Shown here: positions 56,161 to 64,000 of the stretch, one piece after another | Layout of the letters: each line of letters starts with the position of its first letter | Numbering within the stretch: position 1 is the stretch's first letter | Source: the human T2T-CHM13v2.0 reference genome, Homo sapiens | Assembly: GCF_009914755.1 (NCBI RefSeq) | Contig: NC_060933.1 | Direction: 5' to 3' (one strand) | Length of the DNA stretch: 64,000 nt | Translations under genes and position numbers: made by a program | The notes under the pieces: model-generated | Database searches by the model: none | What the model was told of the DNA's origin: nothing | What the model saw: the letters and a program-made list of their open reading frames with translations, nothing else

Positions 56161-56469
56161 ACCATCAGATTCTCCTGGTACATTCTTCCTCCTCCAGGAT
56201 ACCCTAAAGTTCCCTGCATCACCAACACTGATGGGAATATTTTAAGGCCAGAGATATCCTCTTTAGAAAATGGTTAGAGTTATAGCATCTCCTTGACCAC
56301 TGACCTGGATTAACGTTTCGGATGGATTGAAAGTCACCTTGAAAGACAGAAAGTACAGGCTCTGAGAGGCTAGGATGGAAAACAAGGACAGTACATTAAA
56401 TGGAGAAGAGAGTTTGTCTCGCAGCAAGGGGTACCACAAGGGGTTAACATGTCAGAGTCCTCTTACAGC

Positions 56470-56686
56470 CATGTTTCTCAACTAGAAATGATTTTGCCCC
56501 CCACAGGCAACATTTGGCAATGGCTGAAGGCATTTTTGCTTGTCATAATTGGGAGTCAGCTACCACTGGCACCTGGCAAGCAGAAGCCAGGGATACTGCT
56601 AAACATTTAACAATGCACAGGACAGCCTCCCATAGCAAAGAATTATCCAGCTCAAACATCAATAGTACCAAAGTTTAAAAACCCAG
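56470..56686 (+). mobile_element. MER20 (hAT-Charlie)
   Basis: tttctcaact...tgattttgccccccacaggcaacatttggcaatg...gccagggatactgctaaacatttaacaatgcacaggacagcc...aagaattatccagctcaaa. Confidence 0.9.
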
Positions 56687-57011
56687 TGTTAGGATAAACC
56701 TTGGAAAAACCTTGTTTCCAAAGGAGCTTCCACTTTAGGTTGCACATACCGTTAACTTCCAGGTACCCAAGAGCTAATCTAGTTTCCAAAGGTGACTGAT
56801 TTGCGTCTAAAATGATTTATGTAGGAGGCTACTCTGGTGATGCAGCAATGATTTATTACTAAGCACTCTCAGCTCCCAGAGACAGAGGCTGAGGAGCTGG
56901 CTTGGTCCCCAAGCACCCATACAGCTTTCATATTAGCACTGACCAGGGGGTTATTACCTTTATTTTTAGTTCACTCATTGAAATGTCTATATATACTAGG
57001 CTCAGAGTATC

Positions 57012-57213
57012 TTTTTTTTTCTCTTTTATTTCAATAGGCTTTGGGGGAACAGGTGGTGTTTGGTTACATGAATAAATTCTTCAGCAGTGATTTCTGAGAT
57101 TTTGGTGCACCTATCACTCAAGCAGTGTACACTGTACCCAAGGTGTGGTCTTTTATACCTCGCCACCCCCAACCATTCCCCCAAGTCCCCAAAGTCCAAT
57201 GTATCATTCTTAT
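57012..57213 (-). mobile_element. Severely 5'-truncated L1PB 3' end
   Basis: ggaacaggtggtgtttggttacatgaataa...gagattttggtgcacctatcactcaagcagtgtacactgtaccc...agtccccaaagtcca; TSD taggctc(a/t)gagt. Confidence 0.88.
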
Positions 57214-57239
57214 TAGGCTCTGAGTCTTCGGAGATGATT

Positions 57240-58322
57240 CTTCAAATTTAACCTGTCTAACACATGTTGAATATATTCTTTTCCTTTCCCCTCTAAGCAT
57301 GTTCCTGCCTTCAATCTCCCCCATCTCAGTACGTGCCTTGGCCATCTCCCTTTCTCAAGCCAGAAACCCAGTCAACATCCTCCGTGTCTTCTTCCCTACC
57401 CATTCCATAATCCACAGGCAGATCCTATCGATGCCACTCCTAAATTCATCTTGAAAGTTTCCTCTTCCCTCTACTGCCACTGCCCTCGCCTGACCACTGT
57501 AAACAACTTTCTGAATAGCCTCCCCATTTTTAGTCTTGACAATTTCTAATGAATTCTCCACACAATGGTCTGAGTAATCATTTTAAAAATAATAATTAAA
57601 GCTATCACTCTTGACCTCCTTTGATGGTATCCCACTAATGCTTCCAATAAAATCCAAGCCCTTTGCCGTGGACTGAAAAAGGCTTATATCAGGAGTACTC
57701 ATAGAGTGGTCCCCAGACCTGCAGCATCACTTGGAACTTGTTAGAAATGCAAATTTTCAGGCTCCACCCCAAACTTACTGGATCAGAAACTCTGGGAGTG
57801 GGGCAGCAATCTGTGTTTTCACAAGCTCTCTGGGGAGTTGGGATACATGCTTGAGGCTGAGAACCACTGCTTTATGTGCTCTGCCTCCTGCCTATCTCCC
57901 TGCGACCCCACCGTTTCATTCCACTCCTCTTTCTGATTACGCTGCAGCCAAATGGGCTTCTTTCCAATTACTTGAACATGCCGAGAGCTTCTCTACTTCA
58001 GGTCCTGGCATGCGCTGTTCTCACTGCTCGGACACTTTTCCCATCTCTCTTGAGATGCCTCCTCTGACCACCTTTTCTAATGTAGCTTTCTGACCCACCC
58101 TCGATTCTTTGTGGCTATAATCATGGTTTTCTTCACAGCACTCCCCATCACTAGTTGTATTCTGTCTTTATTTTCTAGCTTCCTTATGATTATCCGGTTC
58201 TTTCACTAGTCCATTAGCTCCCTGAGGCCAGGGCTCTGTCTGTTTTATTCATTAATGTATATGCTATGGAAACCACAGTGCTTGGTACATAGTAGTAAAT
58301 AAATTAAAGGCCTGAATGAATT
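57240..58322 (+). mobile_element. L2a fragment with nested MER5A (~57690-57870)
   Basis: ctcaagccagaaacccag...ctactgccactgccctcg...agctccctgaggccagggctctgtctgttttattca...gtgcttggtacatagtag; MER5A acttgttagaaatgcaaattttcaggctccacccc. Confidence 0.8.
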
Positions 58323-58608
58323 AGCACTTTTAAGTCACTTTTAGTCTAGTGCAGAAAGAGAAAATATGTGGCATACAGCTCCCATTTCCAGCCTGGACCG
58401 AGACCGAGGAGACATCACCACTTGATCTCCAGTCTTTCCCTCTTAATCCTGGATATGGCCTCTGAATTTTTCACAACCCTCCACTCTAAGCATCTGCTAA
58501 AAAAATAATTAAAAATAAAAATAAAATAAAAGTTGTTACTTGGAATGAAAGTAGAAGTACACCAATTTCCTAAATCACCAATTTCCTAAATCATATTTCA
58601 ATAGTTGC

Positions 58609-59055
58609 ATATATATATATAAAATATATATGTGTGTATATATATATTTGAGACGGAGTCTCGCTATGTTACCCAGGCTGGAGTGCAGTGGTGTGATCTT
58701 GGCTCACAGCAACCTCCGCCTACCTCCGCCTCCCAAGTTCAAGCGTTTCTCTTGCCTCAGCCTCCTGAGTAGCTGAGATCACAGGTGTATGCCACCACGC
58801 CTGGCTAATTATATATATTTTTGAGACTGAGTCTCACTCTGTGGCCCAGGCTGGAGTGCAGTGGGCGATCTCTGCTCACTGCCTCCTCCGGGGTTACAGG
58901 CACCCGCCACAACTGTGGCTAATTTTTGTATTTTTAGTAGAGACGGGGTTTTGCCATGTTGACCAGGTTGGTCATGAACTCCAGGCCTCAAGTGATCCTC
59001 CCCACTCAGCCTCCCAAAGTGCTGGGATTATAGGCGTGAGCCACCGTGCCCGGCC
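58609..59055 (-). mobile_element. Trimeric Alu (left monomer, deleted right monomer, intact right monomer) with (TA)n tail
   Basis: Two right-arm ends (tttgagac at ~58647 and ~58820) and one left arm; agttgc flanks both ends. Confidence 0.9.
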
Positions 59056-59274
59056 AAGTTGCTAATATTATTTATGTACCAGACACTGCTAACATTTCAT
59101 AAGCTTTAGTTCCCACAGGGTAACTGGCAGACAGGTAATCTGAAGCCAGGCTGTCTGATCACAGAGCCTGCAATCAGGGCGAAATCCTTTCACCATAGTG
59201 AGAATATATGTATTGGAGTTCAGCAGTGAGAGACTAAGGGCGGAGAACTTAACCCAGTTGAAGGAATCAGAGGG

Positions 59275-59614
59275 TGCAATGGACTGAATGTTTGAGTCCC
59301 CCCAAAATTTGTATGTTGAAATCCTAACCCCCAAGGTGATATTAGGAGGTAGAGCCTTTGAGTGGTGATCAGGTCATGAGAGCAGAGCCCTCACGAATGG
59401 GATTATTACCCTTATAAAAGCCTTAAGCTCCAGAAAGCTTCCTCCCCGCTTCCACCACCTGAGGACACACTGAGAAACTGGCAGTCTACACCAGAACCTG
59501 ACCATGCTGGCATCCTGATCTTGGCTTTTCCAGCCTCCAGAGCTGTGAGAAACTGTGTTTACAAGTTACTCAGTCTACAGCATTTTCTTATAGCAGCCTG
59601 AACAGAATAAATCA
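59275..59614 (+). mobile_element. MLT1A-like MaLR solo LTR
   Basis: tgcaatggactgaatgtttgagtcccccc aaaatttgtatgttgaaatcctaacccccaaggtgat...ccagcctccagagctgtgagaaa...tatagcagcctgaac. Confidence 0.88.
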
Positions 59615-61926
59615 GAAAAAATCCTGGAGGAGTTCTGAAGTTTGAGTTAGTCAGGCAGAGAAGTAGAGAAGCAAAGGCATGAACCCTTTACTCACACCTA
59701 CTCTTTTCTGAAACGAGGTCTTGGGAAGAAGAGAGCTTTGGTTAAATGTACCACGTTCACAGGATGGTGTTTGGCTGAGCACATCCTATTCAGAGGCGAC
59801 TGCCTACCTCTCACCTCAGCAGATTCTTCAGTAATAATCTTCTTTTTAAAATATTGGCAGTATATCTGATCTTGGTGAAGTTTATTTATATAAATGAATG
59901 GTTGGGTGTGGTGGGTAAAGCTTAAAAGGTCCCTAGGGGAAGGGGGCAGAGCTTTTTAAGTTATTTTTGTGTCCTGGATAAACTGATTCACCTCTCTTGG
60001 GTCAATAATCCCGTCATGTAATGAGTTATGTTATTGTTGGAAGTGTGCTATTCATGTGCAAAATGTGATGCTGAAAACGTTTGGAAACCATAGACATCAA
60101 TTATTAAACTATTTTAATGAAAGTAAGTGTTTACACTAAATAGCATCTCTGAGTGTGATCCAAAAAATTACAAATCATTCTCAATTGACTTGCAATCAAG
60201 AGAAATCTGCGTGGAGCTGGAATTTATAGCACAGCCTACACTTCCATAGCAACCAACTGATGTCACATACGGAACTCAGACTTCCCTGACGGGCCCAGGA
60301 TTCAGCTTGGAGGTATCATATGTTCAGTTAAGCATAAAAGTGACTTCAAATTTAGAGAATGCTTTTCTTCGAAGAGATTAATTTTACTTAATTTGATTTT
60401 GAGAGGAAGTGCTTAAAGCAAATAAGATGATTCTGCTCCAGTATTTTAACCAAAAATAGATGTAGAAATCTCATATAATTCACAAAATTGAGCTTGACAT
60501 GATGCCATGCCTCTATAAGTCTCTATGGCAAAAATACAGAATTCTCAATGCAGAGGAGAGATAATTTCATATCAGATTCAATGCCTTTCTATAAGAGTTC
60601 CTGGAAGTACTATCCCCATATAAGCAGCATCAGAATCCCCTCAGAGGCTTGCAAAAAATCCAAATTTGGGTCTCACCCAGAACTACTGAATCAATCTTTG
60701 AGGGCAGGGCTCCAGAATCTAATATTTTAATACATTTTCTAGAGGATTCTTATTTAGAACCATTTTTTGGTGGAATTCAAATAAAGAAACAAGTTTTCTT
60801 TATCATATGTGGGAACAGGTAATTCTTGAACATCATTGAAGCTTAATGAGAAATAACTGCATAGCAGGCCCCTAGGTTGTAAGAGTATTCTATAATGCAA
60901 AGAGAACGTTTAAAACATCTGCAAATATTTGGAGGAAAGCAAAATGGTATACCGTAGTAGGACTAGACTTCTGGGTTTCAAAATCCAGGAAATTTTAAAA
61001 ATTGGGCAAGGGGATCAACATAAAGTCGCCTACGTTTATGTTGCCAAAAGGGCACTTAAAAAAGTCTCACTAACTCTCACTCATTTCATAAAAGGGCATT
61101 TTTGCACCACAAAAGAAAAAAAACAAGAAAGCTATAATCCCAGAATAAAAGACAATCCTTTACATGAACAACTGTAGGAATAAAGACGAGCCATTTGATG
61201 TCCTGTCCTATTCATTTTCATGAATGGAGCTCTGATACTTGGGAAGCTCTCAGGCAGTGGAGAGACCAGTGTTTTGGAAAGATAAAAAAGTCAATTCTAA
61301 GCTCTTCCTCTTGCTAGCTGTGTGATTTGGGCATCACTTACATAACCAATTGGTCTTGGTTTCCTTATCTATAAAATAAAGATAATCATCGTCATGACTA
61401 TTAATGACCTTACATGGATTAATCAACTGACATACAGAAGGGACTCAAAAAATGTCCACATTCCCTGGTTTTGTCTTCTATGGATTTACAATCTACTAAG
61501 ACCCTTGTTGGACTTGAGACAGACTTGAGACAAAGTGTTGCTTGAGATAAAAAGGAGGAAAAGTGGCTGATTAACTGATTGTCCCTAGCATTTTATTTTT
61601 AGCTTTTTTTCTCTTGCTTTAGATTCTGACGGAGTTTCACATTAGACAGATTCTTAATACCTGGCTATTACTGACTATCTGAAATAGCAGTTCTACACCT
61701 TGTTTGTCACAAAATGCACAGGGTACAAGTAAATCCTTGCTATAGGTGTTTAAAAGGCTGTCTAGGTCAGTTCTGCTTTTTCTGTTACGCCTATTTATGA
61801 AGAAGTTATTTCCCCAAAGTAAATATAGGCCAGGTGATTATTTGTAGAGGGCACAAAAATAACTTAAAAAGCTTGTTTGTATAGGGTGCAGAGAAGTGCA
61901 TGATTATTTATATAGGGTGCAGAGAA

Positions 61927-61952
61927 GTGTGTGTGTGTGTGTGTGTGTGTGT
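61927..61952. repeat. (TG)n microsatellite, preceded by a duplicated TATAGGGTGCAGAGAAGTG
   Basis: Directly visible; 19-mer copies at 61880-61898 and 61911-61929. Confidence 0.9.
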
Positions 61953-62184
61953 AACAGAGAGAGGTAGAGAGAGGAGGAAGTGGAGGATGAGGAGGTAGTT
62001 GCTCTGTTGTGGAACTCGAAGGACACCATCGATACTGTATTCTATGTGAATGATGTCCCATTGCTAATTGTGTTCCCAAGGAGTTGTGCAAAATGGTAGA
62101 CCTGGGTGGAGGAAGGCATATAGATAAATATTATTCTACAAACAGAGTTCACACATGGCTCTGCAAGGAATTTAAGAAAATAAC

Positions 62185-62435
62185 TTCATAGCTAACATTC
62201 TTTGAGTGCTTACATGTCAAGCACTGTGCTAAGCAGTGTACAGACTTGGCCACATTTTATTCCTCACAACAAACCTTCGATTATTATCCCCACTTTCCAG
62301 ATGAAGAAACCAAGTCTTAAGCGAACACTTGCTTAAGATCACCCAGCTGATCAATGGCAGATGCAGGATTTGAATCCAGATCTGTGGAAATCCAGAATCC
62401 AAACTCCATGTCATTTTGCTAAACCACTCCTCCAA
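62185..62435 (-). mobile_element. MIR
   Basis: atagctaacattctttgagtgcttac...ttattatccccactttccagatgaagaaac...acttgcttaagatcacccagct...ggatttgaatccaga. Confidence 0.8.
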
Positions 62436-63719
62436 GTAAAAAAATAAAAATAAAGATAAGATAGAAAAGAGAGATCTTATTGAACACTCATGAGTGTTCA
62501 GGGAGGGTTGTTTTCACTTCTTTTCCTCCTCTTAAAAGGTAGATGACCAGCTTTGGCTCATATTCTAACTCTGTGAAGGTAGGAGGCAAAAGTTTTGTGG
62601 AATAACTCATTAATCAATCCCTACAGCAATCACATCTCTGTTTTACTGGTGCAGGGGGCTCTCAGTGTTTGTGGTTCTTTCATCATAAGTTGGTCACTGT
62701 ATTTCCTAAAGGAATGACCTCCCTTCTTCAAGAGGTAATCACACATGCCCTGCTGAACTGGACAGAAAGCGGTAGCCAAATATCCTGTCGTCAAGCCTCC
62801 TTCAAGATAACTCTGGTGAGTGGTTATTTTGGAAGTGGCTCTAATCTGTCATGTTACACGGCTTTGCTAAGACTCACTTTATTAGCTACCACCAAGAGCT
62901 AATAAAACATGTCAGGAAGTCTCTGTAAGCTGTAAAAACATTTTCAAAGGTCACTGCCAACACTCTGGACTTCAATGACTATTTGAAGGAAAAGAAAACA
63001 AAAGCAGAGGCCTAGAGTTCCAAAACACAGAACTACCAAAAGAAGCAATCCCAAATGAGCTATAAAGACTGACAAACCCACATGATACCAGCCATTGGAT
63101 AAACTGTGTCCAGAAGGAGGCTTGAAGAAAAGGTACAAAAGCCACAAAATGCCAGTGAGTAGGCAGCAAATTTAGATTTAGTGTATAGGAACCTGACGGT
63201 CACACCTACTTATGCTTCCAGCACCTACAATAGAGTCCTTTATAAACAAAGGAGTAGGTGGCAGAGAAGTAATTAACTTTAGATTAACCACAGCATAGCA
63301 GGCATTCTTCTTAACTGACTTTTTTTTTTCTATTGTAAAAGTAAACATACTTTTTAATAAAAATTAGTAAAACATAGAAAAGGAGAAAATCATGTTATCT
63401 TAAAAGCTGGGAATATAGTTTGATGCCCACTGTATATTTCATGTATTGAGAGTCATGCTTTGACAGTGAGATGTCTCAAGACAAGTGGCTGTGAGCCAGC
63501 AGCTCTATTAGATTGAAAATATTGTATTAATCATTGAGATTTCCATTCACTGCTGATGAGAGGTCCAGGCACAGAAGAGACAATAACATTCTTATCTTGG
63601 CTTAGGATAAAAAATTTAGACATGAAATCTGTACTTTGTTTGGGGGGTGGAGAAAAGGTCATCTGTGGAGTCATTAAGTCGGGATGTCTTGTTGTAGAAG
63701 CATCAAAAGACCGCTGAAG

Positions 63720-64000
63720 CGGGGAGATATTGATCAAAGGGTACAAAGTTTCAGTTAGGAGGAAAAAGTTCTGAAGATGTGTTATATACTGTGTTGCATA
63801 TAGTTAATGCATATACTGTATTATGTACTTGAAAAGTGTTAAGAGACTAGATTGTAAATGTTCTCACCACAAAAAATGATATGAGTTGATTCGTGTTCAT
63901 TAGCTTGTTTTAATCATTCCACGATGTAAACATATATCAAAGCAACATGTTATACACCATAAATACATATAATTTTTATTTGCCAATTAAATAATAAATA
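63720..64000 (+). mobile_element. L1MA-type 3' end
   Basis: tgatcaaagggtacaaagtttcagttagga...aaatgttctcaccacaaaaaatgat...taatcattccacgatgtaaacatatatcaaa...ataaatacatataatttttatttg. Confidence 0.85.

Overview
Hominid (most likely human) genomic DNA lying inside the MOB3B gene (MOB kinase activator 3B; 9p21.2 from recall), transcribed on the minus strand. The only protein-coding sequence I can support is one 203-nt internal exon (27780->27578) encoding (G)[67 protein letters not shown], the C-terminal part of the MOB fold with the zinc-binding HxxxxH motif. The rest is intronic and dominated by interspersed repeats: about 15 Alus, an SVA with all domains but an almost absent VNTR, MaLR/ERV solo LTRs, DNA-transposon fossils, and L1/L2/L3/MIR fragments. 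I found no support for any of the tracked ORFs. I see no new multi-gene system. The most unusual structures are a ~184-bp CpG-retaining inverted repeat at 5145-5328 and a 100-bp fold-back hairpin built from a MIR at 30781-30880. Also notable are the collapsed-VNTR SVA, a CpG-retaining AT-rich island near 39.5 kb, and inverted Alu pairs bracketing the coding exon. Repeat subfamily calls come from remembered consensus sequences, and the boundaries of old repeats are approximate.
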